Positions 13,453-28,654 of a stretch of DNA of 64,000 bases are shown one piece after another (the stretch's first letter is position 1; each line of letters begins with the position of its first letter). Location: the NCBI GenBank assembly GCA_964016885.1, contig OZ024745.1:97836001-97900000 (forward strand), in the 5' to 3' direction. Both the position numbers and the translations under genes were made by a program. The notes beneath the pieces are model-generated. The model worked only from the letters and a program-made list of their open reading frames with translations, was not told the origin of the DNA and searched no databases. This DNA is from Eledone cirrhosa (lineage: Eukaryota).

Positions 13453-13459
<7 letters not shown>
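13120..13459. repeat. Inverted repeat, ~100-bp arms each containing an (AT)n tract
   Basis: 13120-13222 is the reverse complement of 13361-13459; spacer ~138 bp. Confidence 0.9.
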
Positions 13460-13551
<92 letters not shown>

Positions 13552-13644
13552 GTGTCTGTGTGAATGTGTGTATGTGTGCATTTATAGTTATTGATACATC
13601 TATATATATGTGTGTGTGTATGTTTGTGCATTGTTGTTAATGAT

Positions 13645-13833
13645 GATTTCTAGTATAGGCACAAGGCCAGCAGTTTGGGAGGAGGGGAAAGTCGTTACTG
13701 GTACTCTACGACCCCGTAAGGATGAAAGGCAAAGTTAACCTCGGATGGATTTGAATTCAAACCGTAAAGGACCGTAACTCTATGCTGGAAAGCATAGTGC
13801 CCGACTCTCTACCGATACTGCCAATCCACCGCC
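13645..13833 (-). mobile_element. tRNA-derived SINE, family 1
   Basis: Reverse complement of the 53344 copy (A box TGGCAGTATCGG, B-box-like GAATTCAAATC, CTTTGCCTTTCATCC body). Confidence 0.85.
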
Positions 13834-13885
13834 CTGTGTGTTGTTGTAAATGATAAGCAGAGATGTGGAGAGAATAACAACCACT

Positions 13886-13887
<2 letters not shown>

Positions 13888-13947
<60 letters not shown>

Positions 13948-14068
13948 ACACACTCACATACACACACACTCACACACTCACACACTCACACACTCACACA
14001 CACACACACACACATACACACACACTCACACACTCACACACACTCACACACATACTCACACACACACA

Positions 14069-14111
<43 letters not shown>

Positions 14112-14228
14112 ACACACACACACACTCACACACTCACACACTCACACACACTCACACACACATACTCAAACATACACACACACTCACATACACACACACA
14201 CATACTCACACACAGACACACAAACATA

Positions 14229-14295
<67 letters not shown>

Positions 14296-14308
14296 GCACA
14301 CATACACA
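13888..14308. repeat. Long (CA)n compound microsatellite
   Basis: Direct repetition. Confidence 0.95.
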
Positions 14309-14833
14309 TATTTAAGAGATTACTTAAAACCTAACTCTGTTATGAAATTTAATCTGCTTCTAAAAGATTTTAATACTAACAAGTTACATTTCTAAAGAAA
14401 ACGAATAAATGGATTATTTCTTTCTTTTTTCTTGAATCATTACAATTCATTTCAATACAATTTAGAGCATTTAGATTTAGTTTTTCAAAATATTTGAAAC
14501 AATTTTCCCCGTTTCAAATTATTCTTTCCTTATCACGTGTCATTCTATTTATCTGTTTTTTTTTTATTATTATAAAATAGACTCTAAGTCAATGAATGTG
14601 TTAAAAGATTATTTTTCTATGTAATTTATTTTTGAATATTTCCATACCATCATTGCTGTCACTCATTTATTTGTTTGTTGATTGTTTTCTTTATTTTTCA
14701 TATCTTTCTTTCTATATCCTTTCCTCTTTCCCCTGATTCCTTCATTTCTTCTAATCTGTCGCTCCTTCATTCGTTTGTTCAATTCTCCCTTCTACACACA
14801 CACACACACACACACACACAAATATATATATGG

Positions 14834-15019
14834 GAAAAGATTCAGGACCCCGACGGCTGAGGTCTGGCCGTTTCGACAGCTAGATCCGATCTAGCTGTCG
14901 AAACGGCTGGAGCTCAGCCGTCGGGGTCCTGAATCTTTTCATATTACCCACTCTACTACCCCAAGTATCGAGTATTCTGGTGGGTTATGGTCCACTTGGT
15001 TTTTGCCACACCCTATCTG
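14834..15019 (+). mobile_element. Hairpin-plus-tail element, copy 1 (divergent)
   Basis: Arms 14834-14886 and 14888-14940; tail ATTACCCACTCTACTACC..TTATGGTCCAC; (TA)n on both sides. Confidence 0.85.
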
Positions 15020-15065
15020 ATATATATATATATATGTCTATATATATATATATCTATATATATAC

Positions 15066-15141
<76 letters not shown>

Positions 15142-15698
15142 AAAAACAGAACAATATATATATATTATATATAAAATCTCTTTTCTGCGTTATTGTCGAT
15201 ATCTTTGTGAAAGAAAGACAGAATATATCAATGCCTCAATAAGAAACAACAATGTTTTTCTTTATATATTTTTCTTTTCCTTCTTTTCTACCATTTTCCC
15301 AGTTTCTCCTGTTATTTCTCTTTCTATAAAATGTCTGCTGTCTAACTCTTTTATCTTTCTACCTTTCTTCTTTTCCTTATGTTACTTCTCTTGTCTAGCA
15401 CATTTATAAATATGTTCTTTCATATATTCATTCATTCTTTCTTTCTTTATTTATTTATTTCTTTCTTAAATGAATTCTTTCTTCTTCTTGTTTACCTCTA
15501 TTGCTCTCCAACTAATTCCAACTTTTGCCTTCGGGTTACGAATAAAGAAATCTGTGCCATATCACATTAAAGACATCTATCTTCCGATAATACATTCCAA
15601 ACTTTAACCAATTTCACATTTACAATGGTTGTTAGACTTTCCACTGTTCACACTTTTCATTAATAACAACAACAACAACAACAACAACAATAATAATA

Positions 15699-16078
15699 AT
15701 TGTTTCAACTTTAGGCACAAGGCCAGCAATTTTTGGAGGAGGGGGAAACTCGATTAAGTCGACCTCAGTGCATTACTGGTGCTTTATTTTATCGACCCCG
15801 TAAGGCAAAGCTAACCGCGGTGGGATTTGAACTCAGAACGTACAGGACTGTAACTCTATGCCGCTAAGCATGATGTCTGACGCTCTACCGATTACTGCCA
15901 ATACATCGCAACAACAAGGAATAATACTAACATCAACAGCAGCAACAACAACATCAGTAATAATAGCTTTTAATTGAAGCACAAGGTCAGCAAGTTTTGG
16001 GAAAGTGGAAAGTCGATTGTATCAACCGCAGTACTTTATTATATCGACCACGGAAGGATGAAAGGCAAAGTTGATCTC
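15699..16078 (-). mobile_element. SINE family 1: one full and one partial copy
   Basis: GGCACAAGGCCAGCAA..GGATTTGAACTCAGA at ~15699-15902; 3' part again at ~15970-16078. Confidence 0.8.
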
Positions 16079-16239
16079 TGTAGGCGACAGAATACTGTCC
16101 CCGTACTGTAGAGAAAGATGTTGATAAATGTTCTCTTAGGTACATCTCTCAACCCAGAGAAATTGAATCACTGAACGCTGTTCTTCTTTGGAGAAAAGAA
16201 AAAAACAAAGTGACCATTGTTTAACCTCGACCTATCGAT

Positions 16240-16565
16240 GGCCTCCGTTTGTTTAGACGTTGTGTGTTTTAATTTTTTTTCTATCAGAAAAAACAGCCTG
16301 GTCATGAAATTAGCGTGTAAGTGGATGATCGTTACACAGACACGTTTGCACGTAACATAATTCTCAGGGAGATTCAGCGTGGCACAAGTAAGGCATAGGT
16401 AAGTCTCCCCGACTGGCTTCAAAATAGCTTTCATCAACCCAGTTTCACTCGCAAGGCATAGGTCGATCCGATTCTATGGTAAATAAACTTTGCTCAATAT
16501 GCCACGTTGCAGAATCGAAGCCGGAACCTAATGATAGCGAAAGGAACTTCTTATTCGTTCAGCCA
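16240..16565 (-). mobile_element. Dispersed repeat / SINE family 2
   Basis: AACAGCCTG..GAAATTAGCGTGTAAG..ACACGT..TAATTCTCAGGGAGA core recurs at ~22200-22530, ~55420-55710, ~56345-56630, and inverted at ~34830-35130. Confidence 0.7.
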
Positions 16566-16802
16566 TATTATATCCACATAATATCAACTACAACAGCATT
16601 GTGGTTTCAACTGAAAGCCGACATTGTTCGGAGACCACGGTCATTGATGCGGATACAAGTAATATTCTCGTCAATAGAAAAACAATCACGAGAGCATTAC
16701 AGATAAAGTCTGACTCATTCTCGTGTCTATCTATTGAATGTACTATAAATCTATATCTATCCAAGGCCTTATATAAACATCTATTTATCAGATCAAAGCC
16801 CT

Positions 16803-18193
<1,391 letters not shown>

Positions 18194-18270
18194 TTATTAA
18201 AATAACAGATTAAAGTTTAAGCAAAGAATCGCTGCTTTCACTCTTAACGGGATCTTCTGATATATTTATA

Positions 18271-18359
<89 letters not shown>

Positions 18360-18894
18360 GTGTATGTGTGTATATAAATATAAGGCTTTTGTTCTTAGGA
18401 AAAATATAACTTAAATAAACAATGCATTTCTTCTGTTATCGTTATCATCATCATCATCATCATTAATATTATTATTATTTTTGCACTACGTCTTAAATCC
18501 CTCCGTAGTGTTGTTCCATGTTCACACTGTTATTCAACCTATTTTATTGAACTTTTGTTACTGTAATGCAGTTACAGTAATCAGTATTTTCGTGTGCTGG
18601 TTAGTTTATCTCTACCTGTGGCCCTTGGGGACTAAACCTGTGTTTGTTTATCAAACATGCCTCTAATTTTTTTGATGAAATTATTATGGCGGATAAAATG
18701 TTGCCTCCGCTAAACAGAATAGCTGGCTGTTCATATTCACAAAACAATGACAGTAGCAGCAACACCAGCAACAACTACAATAACAACAACAACAACAGCA
18801 TCAGTAGCAACTGAACTACTACGACCACCATTAACAACAACAAGCTCCAACAAAACCACCACATTACTGACTTTTAGAGTATTGTCGAACAGCT

Positions 18895-19460
18895 ATTAAC
18901 CCATGTAGGACTGATTCGGCTGTGACCGAGTATCGGGAAGATCACACAGCCACCATCTTTTGGCTAGGAAGGGCAGGCAGTTTTCCTCTGCCTAGTGGCT
19001 GTGGCGAAAGAGGATGTGTGGAGGTCGCAGCTGAAAGGACTGAAGGCAGACACTTTTCTCTTCGGCCAAGCCATCATCAAATTTCTCAAGTTCTACACTT
19101 GGAAAGGAAGGTAAAGGTGAAGAGGGACGTGCTTCACTCGCCAGTACATTTTTGAAAAGGTAGGTGAATGTAGCGAAAATGGTCCGTGTGGAATGGGCCT
19201 ACTCTGACAATGCACCTGTAGGCTGGCTAGATTTAGAGAGAGGGGTACCCTCCTTGAGTGCTCTTGGAGAGTAGGTTTGTTTACGACTGGTAGGGTCCTT
19301 GAGTCACTCCTGGGTGGCACTCTCCCTATTGGGGAATTTGCATTGTTATATTTTTTCTTGTTATATCGTTTTTTTACTTGATTTTTTTGTAAACCTCTAC
19401 TATCCTTGTTTTTGTATTGTCCCCTATATGTCGGCCCTTGTGGCCAATACATGAAATCAT
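18895..19460 (+). mobile_element. 3' fragment of a Tx1/L1-like LINE
   Basis: Frame reads AVFLCLVAVAKEDVWRS..IKFLKFY then HLERKVKVKR, resembling a Tx1/L1 ORF2 C-terminus. Ends in (ATT)n/(ACT)n. Confidence 0.5.
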
Positions 19461-19475
19461 TATTATTACTACTAC

Positions 19476-19524
<49 letters not shown>

Positions 19525-19539
19525 TTTAGCAGCAGCAGC

Positions 19540-19611
<72 letters not shown>

Positions 19612-19614
19612 TTT

Positions 19615-19652
<38 letters not shown>

Positions 19653-19671
19653 CAGCAGTAGTAGTAGTAGT

Positions 19672-19703
<32 letters not shown>

Positions 19704-19791
19704 CAGCAGTAGTAGTAGTAGTAGCATTTTTAGCAGCAGCAGTAATAGTAGTAGTAGTAGTAGTTTTAGCAGTAGCAGCAGTAGTAGTAGT

Positions 19792-19859
<68 letters not shown>

Positions 19860-19908
19860 CAGTTTTAGCAGCAGCAGCAGCAGTAGTAGTAGTAGGAGCA
19901 GCAGCAGC

Positions 19909-19944
<36 letters not shown>
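19459..19944. repeat. (AGT/AGC)n trinucleotide array
   Basis: Direct repetition; the poly-Ser/Leu/Val ORFs are artefacts. Confidence 0.95.
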
Positions 19945-19945
<1 letters not shown>

Positions 19946-20519
19946 TTTTGTGTGTATATTTGCCATTTGTCACTTATCTCAGATGAATGAATGTTGTAAA
20001 TGTTTGAAGTGTTTTTAATTATTCCTTAGCAACTGAAAATGGATTTTTTCCATTCTTTTCCAGTATTGCCGCAATGTGGCTTTTTAGGTTTCGTCTTAAA
20101 TATGTCTTTTTTTTTTTTTTTGTCAATGATTTAATGGTTGTCATTGACGAAGCGATTGCTATTTTGAGATATTTCCTCACACACCCACACACGTACACCT
20201 CAAACACGTACACACTCACAGACATATACATACACAGTAAAACACGTATATTCACACATAACATATACTAATTCACGCGAATATAAAACATTCATGAATA
20301 TACAAATATTCGTTTCTAATTTTGTTTACAAGGCCAGCAATGTTGGTTGGAGACATAAGGCGATTAAATCTACCGCAGTACTTTATTGGTACGTTATTTT
20401 ATTAATCCATTAATCCAAATTGAGAAGAGCCTTATCAAATACTGTAAAGCACTATCCGATGCTCCAACGATTTCTGCAAATCCACACTACTAGACATATC
20501 CAGTTCATTCTCCTTTGGC

Positions 20520-20575
<56 letters not shown>

Positions 20576-20589
20576 CACACACACACACT

Positions 20590-21075
20590 CAGAGCTTTGT
20601 GCAAAAGTTGAAACGGTGTTTCTTTTTTTCGCCGTAGAATTTTCACCCTCCTTCTTTCTTCGTTTTACCTCATTCAACTCACGAGCGGACTGACACACGG
20701 ATGGACAAGATTCGAATTTCATTTATATAGACAACCCAAACCTTGGCAAAAGATAATCGAAGATCGCAAAAACTAGATGCAAATATGTAAAGAGCCGTTG
20801 GTTAGATCTTGAATGACATCGACAAACTTAAGTAAGGCGAAGCAGAAGAAAGGGAAATCTTTAACTTCCAGAACAGGAACCAATTTTGCAATTTGGTCGT
20901 CGATTATGCGCATAAACGATTTAGCTCACCGGAAGGTAAAGTGATGAAAAATGGGAACATCAACAGCATCGGTGATGAAAGTTGGGAAATAAATTCGACA
21001 ACTAGAATTTTTCCAAAATTTCTTGGTTGATCTATATATAAATTTCAGCGACTTCCGTCCGTTACACAACGTGTG
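20590..21075 (+). mobile_element. Possible decayed Tc1/mariner-type transposon
   Basis: Weak transposase-like fragments (N.Q...W; KVM..G.I...G) and weakly matching CA..TTGTG ends. Confidence 0.3.
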
Positions 21076-22199
21076 TCTGTGTGTGTATGTTTGTGTGAAT
21101 GTATGTGTATGTAAAAGGAAGGAAGGGGATGGTGAAAAAATTATAGCAAAAGAGCTGTTGGCGTTCCATTTGCCACGCTGTGTGGGAGTGTATGTCTATG
21201 TGTGTATTTGTGTAAATGTGTGTTTCTGTGAATGTATGTGTGTGTTTGTGTGAATGTATATGTGTTTGTGTGAATATATGTGTGTTTCTGTGAACGTATG
21301 TGTATTTGTGTGAATGTATGTGTGTTTGTGTGAATGTATGTCTGCGGGTGTGTATTTTTGTATGTGTGTCTGTGTTCGCGCGTTTATAATTATATACTCA
21401 TACATATAAATGTATGCATATGCACATGCACACACGAACACACATACACACATACACGTCAGCGCATTGAAAAATTCCTAGTAGTGTATATTTCCTCTTT
21501 TTATAGATTCAATGAACCTTTTCATTACCATATTTCTAATGAAAGACACAACCTATTCTTTTCAAACAATTTTGAAAATAAAGATTTTGAAGAGATTTGC
21601 TAAAATACCTAACTTTTTTGTTATTCAGTTGGTGTTTGAAACATAAAATATTAAACACGTTAAAATAAACAGTTCTGTGTAACAGAACCAGAAGTGATTC
21701 CAGGCAGTTAAACTGTTTATTTTAATAGTTATTTATTTTAATCTATTGTTTTTGCTTATTTTTTCCTAATATTTTCCTTTTTTTATTTTGTACTGGTTTT
21801 GCTCTGGCGGAGGAGCTTCGCCGATGTCCTTTGATAGGATTCCAGATTAGTAATATCGATGAAGTTAAAGCCTGTCAGGAATAGCAACATTTTCAACAGA
21901 TTAATCAAAAGTTCACTGATTTTCCAATCCCTTCGGAACAAATACAAGAAGATATTTTCGTTCGAAATCATCGATGTATGAATTTTCTCATCTTTCATTA
22001 CATCTTTTTACGATAAATAGTAGCGAAATATATACACATACATTCACACATATGTATACAAAATACGGTAGACTTCCGCACACTCTCCGCTCATCAAGGT
22101 GCCGCGTAATTAGATAAGAGGTAGAATAACCTGGCTGCAAAGTTTAACTTGTTAACCACACAGCCATACCTGTGGCAAAATGTGTTGCAAACATAAAAT

Positions 22200-22530
22200 G
22201 GATCTCCGTCAGCTTCGATGATGAGTCTTTCAGTTGTTTCATTTAAACAGCCTGATCATGAAATTAGCGTGTAAGATGTTGATCATTCCTTAGACACGTG
22301 TATCCTTAATGTAATTCTCAGGGAGAGTCAACGTGACAGAATATGTGACAAGGCTGTCCTTTTGAATTACGGGTACAGTGTATCTGTCGGGTTTTCAAAC
22401 TGCACGTCTAGCTAGTTTCACGCACGAGGAATGGGTCGATGTACCGCTATAGTAAATTACACTTGCCTTAGATGACATTCATTGGGATTGAACTCGGGAC
22501 CTAATGATTGCCAAACAACTTCTGCAACCA
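22200..22530 (-). mobile_element. SINE family 2 copy
   Basis: Shares its core with the 16240 copy; B-box-like GGGATTGAACTCGGGACC on the minus strand. Confidence 0.65.
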
Positions 22531-22734
22531 TTCGATACCACTTTATTGCCGCCATGTTGGTTTGGTAAGAAGATAAACATCTTGGCACACAATGAATTTC
22601 TCAATTTCTGTTTCTAACAAATCATCTCTATTTCAGTTAAACTCTGGTGTGATGTCAGTTAAAATATATTGTAAGAGCTTTCACTGTAATTAACTGAAGA
22701 CACCGATATAATTAACAGACGTTATTAGGCGTGC

Positions 22735-22784
22735 TCCATCACCATCATCGTTATAATCATCACCAGTATCATTATCATCAACAC

Positions 22785-22815
<31 letters not shown>

Positions 22816-23306
22816 GTTATAATCATCATTATCATCATCCTCATCCTCGTTATGATGGTGATGATGATGATGATGATAATGATGTGGATGGTGATGATGG
22901 TGATGATGAGAATGATGGTGATGATGGTGATGATGATGGTGATGATGATGATGAGGATGATGATGATAATGATGATGATGATGATCATCATCATCACCAC
23001 CATCACCATCATCACCATCATCACCATCATTCTCATTATCACCATCATCACCATCCACATCATTATCATCATCAGCAACATCAGCAGGGACAGCAACAGA
23101 AGCGATAACAACAGCAGCAGCAACAGAAGGGAAAAAAACAACAGCAACAGAAGTGACAACAACAACAACAGCATCAACAACAACACCAACAACAGCAACA
23201 ACAACAGCAACAGCAACAACAACAGCAGAAGCGACAGCAATAACAACAACAACAACAACAACAGCAGCAAAACAAAAACAGCAAAACAACAACAGCAACA
23301 GAAGTG

Positions 23307-23345
<39 letters not shown>

Positions 23346-23362
23346 CCAACAACAACAACAAC
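22735..23362. repeat. (CAT)n/(GAT)n/(CAA)n compound microsatellite with internal inversion
   Basis: Direct repetition; variant pattern is mirrored between ~22870-22935 and ~23005-23072. Confidence 0.92.
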
Positions 23363-23630
23363 AGATATTGCTAAGTGATACTAAGTGATATTGCTAAGTA
23401 TACATTTGTCAAGAATGATAGAACACAGGAGTCTTGTAACATGTATGTATGTATGTATGTATGTATGTATGTATGTATGTATGTATGTATGTATGTATGT
23501 ATGTATGTATGTATGTATGCATGTATGCATGTATGTATGTATGTATGCATGTATGCATGTATGCATGTATGCATGTATGCATGTAATGTATGTATGTATG
23601 TATGTATGTATGTATGTATGTATGTATGTA

Positions 23631-23750
23631 TGTCACAAGTGTAGTGTTTGTACCAGAGTTTTCAAGTCGCTGGCTGGACTAGAAAGTCACACTCGTTCAG
23701 CGCATGGATATAAAGTAGTGGCCGTACTCGAAAACGAGTTGGCAGCCACC
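23631..23750 (+). mobile_element. 5'-truncated 3' end of RTE-derived element A with (ATGT)n tail
   Basis: Matches 28460-28599 apart from an internal deletion; encodes CSVCTRVFKSLAGLESHTRSAH, a C2H2-like RTE C-terminus. Confidence 0.85.
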
Positions 23751-23773
23751 ATGTATGTATGTATGTATGTATG

Positions 23774-23804
<31 letters not shown>

Positions 23805-23834
23805 TGTATGTATGTATGTAATGTATGTATGTAT

Positions 23835-26800
23835 GTTCTTCTGGTTTTAAAATTTCACAAAGTTTTACCAATGGAGAGAGAGTCGGTTTCTAACATAAAC
23901 ACAAGACTCTCTCATTGGAATTTACACAACATCAACTAGGTAGATATGTATGTATGCATGGGTAGATATGGATGTTATTGTATGTATGGATGTGTATGTT
24001 TTGAGTTGTATGTGTGCATGTGTATACGCTTTGTATCTGTACATGTGTATATGCAGTTATTAGATGCAAATGTTTTGGAATGTTCTACATATTTTTACTG
24101 TTCCATTAATGGATTGTACTTGGCAGTTACTAACATACCCCAGTGCCCCAATAATCACAGGCATAAATCTGAAGGTGTAATCAGGGTGAAGTATCTCCAG
24201 ATTTCTCATCAGTTCTGCATAAATGTTCTCCTTTTCACTAAGCTTTGATATTATATTGGCATCTGCTGGGCAGCTAATTTCCCCTACTGTGCATGCTTTC
24301 TTCTCCCTGTCCCATATCATAATATCTGGTCTGTTATGCCTGCATTTTATTGGGGTTTTTACTGGAACATTCCACCAGTACTTTTTCATATTATGTACAT
24401 GGATTTCTTCCACATTGCTGTAGCTTTTAATGTGTTTATTATCGGGGCTATCTTTTTTACGAACTGTATTGTACAGTGTTTTGGCCACTACATCATGCCT
24501 CATAGGTAGATAGTACCGCGATGACATCTTTGGACAGCTGCTGATGACATGGGTGATATCCTCGATGTTAGTTCTGCAGAGTCTGCACATGTTATCACAT
24601 CTAGGGGTTTTGGCTGCATCCCTATCTCTTTTGTGAATCATGTATTTCGTGCTAATCTCCTGTTCCTGGATTGCAAAAGCGTATCCTTCAAAATGGGAGC
24701 CAATATAGCGGTTGTTGGTCCAAGATAGACTACTTTCTTTATCTATATTACTCTCACTCTGGAGCTTCCTGGCAACATATCCATGCATGATTTTTTGCTG
24801 ATAGCATGCAGTTTTTCATCCATGGATTCACTGCGATACTGCTGAGCGACATCCCTGGCTGTGAGTTTTTGATTATCATACAGGGAATATCTCTCGAGGA
24901 GTTCCTTCCCAACTCTCATGATCTTATCTGTTTCATGCAGATAGACTTTCTCGAGAAACGGGCTCCTACGCTTCGAGGTTCGTAGATGTTGTCGGAGAGA
25001 TATGATGCGACATTCAAATGTTGTCTGGACTGATGTTAGGCCTCTTCCTCCCTGCTTGCGTTTCAAGTAAAGGCGGTCTATGTCATTGTTGATGTGGAAG
25101 TTTCCGGTGTTGTTCAGTATTTTTCGAGTTCCAACATCAACTGCTTGGATTTCGTCTATCGTCCAATTGAGTATTCCAAACGTTGGTGTTAGGACAGACA
25201 CAGCAAACACATTGTGAGCCACTGTTTTGTTTTGCGTAGAGAGTTCCGATGACCAGATCTTTCTTAATCGGGTGTAGTATTCCCTGGTTACGCGTTCTTT
25301 ATTACAGATACCATTATAGGATATGTTCTCATCTATCCCCAGGTATCTGTAGCAGTCCTCATCAGATATCGGTGAAATCGTTAGGCCATTGATGACAATG
25401 TTGCTAGATTGGGTTGTTGTTTTTCCCCGCTTTACAGTCATGTATGAGCATTTATCTTGGCCAAACTCCATTCCTATATCCTTTGAGAACGTTGTAACCA
25501 GGTCAAGATTTTTCTTCATCCCATCCATGTTCTTGGCATAGAGTTTCAGATCGTCCACAAAGAAATTATGGGTTAGGTTCGTATTTCTGTCCTCCTGTGA
25601 GCCAATGATGTATCCCTCACATTTCTTGAGCAGAAAGGACAAGGGGTTTAATGACAATATGAATAATATCACAGAGAGACTGTCCCCTTGAAATATACCC
25701 CTGCAATATTTTATTTTATCAGTGAAAATAGAGTCCTCCCTCTCTGTCTTTAACCATAGGATAGTAGCCCAAGAAGAAGACAGCCTCTCTATGGCTCTGA
25801 CAATAATGTCTGGGACTTTAGAAAGTTGGAGGGGCTCTATCATCCAAGAGTGGGGAACAGAATCGAAAGCTTTCCTGTAGTCCAGCCAGACTGTAGTCAT
25901 ATTCCTCCTAAGTTGTCTCACCTCCGGCATCGCAGTTTTGTTGATTAGGAGTTGTTCAGCACACACCCAAACGCCTTTCTTTCCAGCTGCTTGTTCATCT
26001 GTGATGATGTTATTATTTTCACAGTGATCTTGGAGGAATAGGTTCAGGCAGGCTGTATACATCTTATACATCAGGTTCTGGCATGCAATGGGTCGGTAGT
26101 TTTTTGCTAAGTGGGTGTCTTTGTTCTTTGGGACCAGTAATGTTTGTGCTAATGTCAACCATTCTGGTATAAGTGTATCTCCCTTAAGAACTTGTTGGTA
26201 GAGGTCAGTAAGATACCTCCGATAGAATATCAGTTTTTGTACCAGTAGCCGACAATCATGTCTCTTCCTGGTGTTTTCTTATCTTGGAGTTTTCCTATCA
26301 CAGTCTCAAGGGTACCCTCACTTATTTCGTATGTTTTTGTTGTAGTGTAGGAGCAATAGTTCTTTTGGATTTCTTTTAGCCACACTGCATCTTGGTTGAA
26401 ATTCTTCTGTTCACCCCATATTTTGCTCCAAAAGGAATCTATGTCTTTCTGGGATGGGGCCTCAGTGACACTTATTATTTTGCCCTTCATATCTCTTTAG
26501 ACTGATGTTTGGTTTCGTCTGAATCTTTTATTAAGCACTTTTCTCTCATCTACCTTCTTCAGGTATCGGCGTTTTTCGCTAACAGCTCTCAATTCTTGTT
26601 TGAGGGTGATCAGCTTATATTGGAGAGTTCTGGTTTTACTGTTACCAAACATCGACTCTATTTTACTTTTCACTCTTTGTTGGTGAGGAGTGAGGTTTTT
26701 TTGTGTTTGTTTGCATGTAAGGAGCATTGTCACATATCCTATGTTTTTTCGTAGGTCAGCAATCTTTTTTTCTATTTTAGTTATATATGATGGGATTTTT

Positions 26801-27762
26801 GGTGGTGTTTTGTTCTTGTTAATATCTCTGCTATCACTAAGATAATGTCGTTGCTAAGGCATATAAACAGGCGTTGATTTGCCAAAATGTTGGGGTTTTT
26901 ATCCGTCGTAAATATTCATCCCCTATTTCGTCAATAACACGTAATATTTCATTATTTTGTTTTTTATTCAACATTGTCGTTTTAAAACGTTCAACAAGAG
27001 AGATATTTATACATGAGTTAATTTCTCTCTGGAAGATTTCGTTGAGGGAAATTTTCAATTGTTTATACTTTTGATTATTATCATTATCAATAATATTTTC
27101 CACAACAGTCGAGGTACACTCGGATGGTACATGTGGTGTCAAATTTCTTCGATTATTATTATTATCGATAGTGTTTTCCCCAGCATTCGAGGTAGACTTA
27201 GATGGTACAGGTGGTGTCAAGTTTCTTACAGGCATAGTTGTTTCACGACGCTGTTCGACCTGGCTGCCAGGAAGTCTAGTAGCATGGCGACCTGTAGCAC
27301 GTGTTGTTGATAACATGTTTGTTGTGGGGGGGACTTACAATTAATAATATTTATCTTATTTTTACGTTCAACAAACGTCGCTTGTTGGCGTAATTGTTTC
27401 GCTGTGAAATAATTTAGCTCTGGGTGCATTTCGTCCCAGTGTAGCTTCATTCTGTTCATATAGCCAATGGAGAGATTGTTTTTTTGCCATTTTATAACAA
27501 TTAAATAAATCATTATTAAGTTCGCAACTCCAAGAGAAATGCGATTTATAATTTCGGTTTCTTCTGTAGCTACAACTGAATAAATTTTGATTACCTTCCT
27601 TGTTATTTGTCTCCGGAACTTCGTTAATTTTTTTGTTCAGCCATGTTGTTTGTAGCAAATCCTTGTAAAATGAATTATGTATTTAGTCGGATATCTCTAC
27701 GAATTCGAATAAAAGGTGTCTTCAGAAGGGATAGTTAGAAGAATAACCAGTTATTCAACAGT
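23835..27762 (-). mobile_element. Near full-length R4/Dong-clade non-LTR retrotransposon (RT + CCHC + REL endonuclease), frameshifted
   Basis: RT motifs NYRPIAC, WLDYRKAFDSVPH, GIFQGDSLS, FVDDLKLY, YRYLGI. C-terminal CRLC..HVISSC, RHD, RPDI..D, EISCP. R4-type N-terminus (W...N..L..CY..GYM.RM..W). Both ends abut (TATG)n. Confidence 0.92.
24060..27658 (-). pseudogene. Disrupted single ORF of the R4/Dong element
   Basis: Collinear ORF pieces 27368-27658, 27226-27513, 26837-27316, 26497-26733, 26230-26490, 24743-26158 and 24060-24788, separated by frameshifts or stops. Confidence 0.9.
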
Positions 27763-27993
27763 TATGTATGTATGTATGTATGTATGTATGTATGTATGTA
27801 TGTATGTATGTATGTATGTATGTATGTATGTATGTATGTTATATCTCTTTCTCTTAATTTCGAGTATGTATGTATGTATGTATGTATGTATGTATGTATG
27901 TATGTATGTATGTATGTATGTATGTATGTATGTACGTATATACGTATGTATGTATGTATGTATGTATGTATGTATGTATGTACGTATGTATGT

Positions 27994-28599
27994 CAGGTCA
28001 CCAGTTGGTGCTACTGGTAACATGTATCCCAGTACAACCTGTCTCATGGTCGGGTCGTTGGCGACTAAACTGGCAACCCCACCAAGGTTTCTTGGTGAGG
28101 AGGGTGACTTTGGACATCCTGCAGGACTAAAAACAAAACCTGTCAAAGGGCAAGGGAGCTCTTAAGAATAAATAGCCATCCAAAATCACCGGGAGAGATG
28201 ACCCCTTAGCCTTTGTCAAGGCAGAATTCTAGGAGAAGAAAAACTCTGATATAACACCTTCAACCCTGATGGTATCCAATGATGTTGACTTGTTCTTCTT
28301 TTTGGTAAATATCATCTTGGTTAAGAGAGTGGGACTGGCTTTGTGCAGTGCCTTTGCTCACTATAAAAGCTTCACGGCACAGGAATTGCTTTATATCTGG
28401 AGATCTCTCTGCACTTGTCGTCATATGGTACCATGAGCCCAGTACTATGTGTCAATAATTGTCACAAGTGTAGTGTTTGTACCAGAGTTTTCAAGTCGCT
28501 GGCTGGACTACAAAGTCACACTCGTTCAGCGTATCGGTAGGGGTTCTCCTACGTGGATATAAAGTAGTGGCCGTACTCGAAAACGAGTTGGCAGCCACC
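27994..28599 (+). mobile_element. Bipartite RTE-derived non-autonomous element A
   Basis: RTE-like 5' UTR (GGCGACTAAACTGGCAACCCC..CTAGGAGAAG.AAAACTC) joined to a short zinc-finger-coding 3' end and (ATGT)n tail. Second copy at 30167-30726. Confidence 0.75.
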
Positions 28600-28654
28600 A
28601 TGTATGTATGTATGTATGTATGTATGTATGTATGTATGTATGTACGTATAAATG

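Noticed and set aside
21783-21998. 71-aa ORF in unique sequence as a host exon
   Set aside because: No recognisable motif or supportable splice structure.
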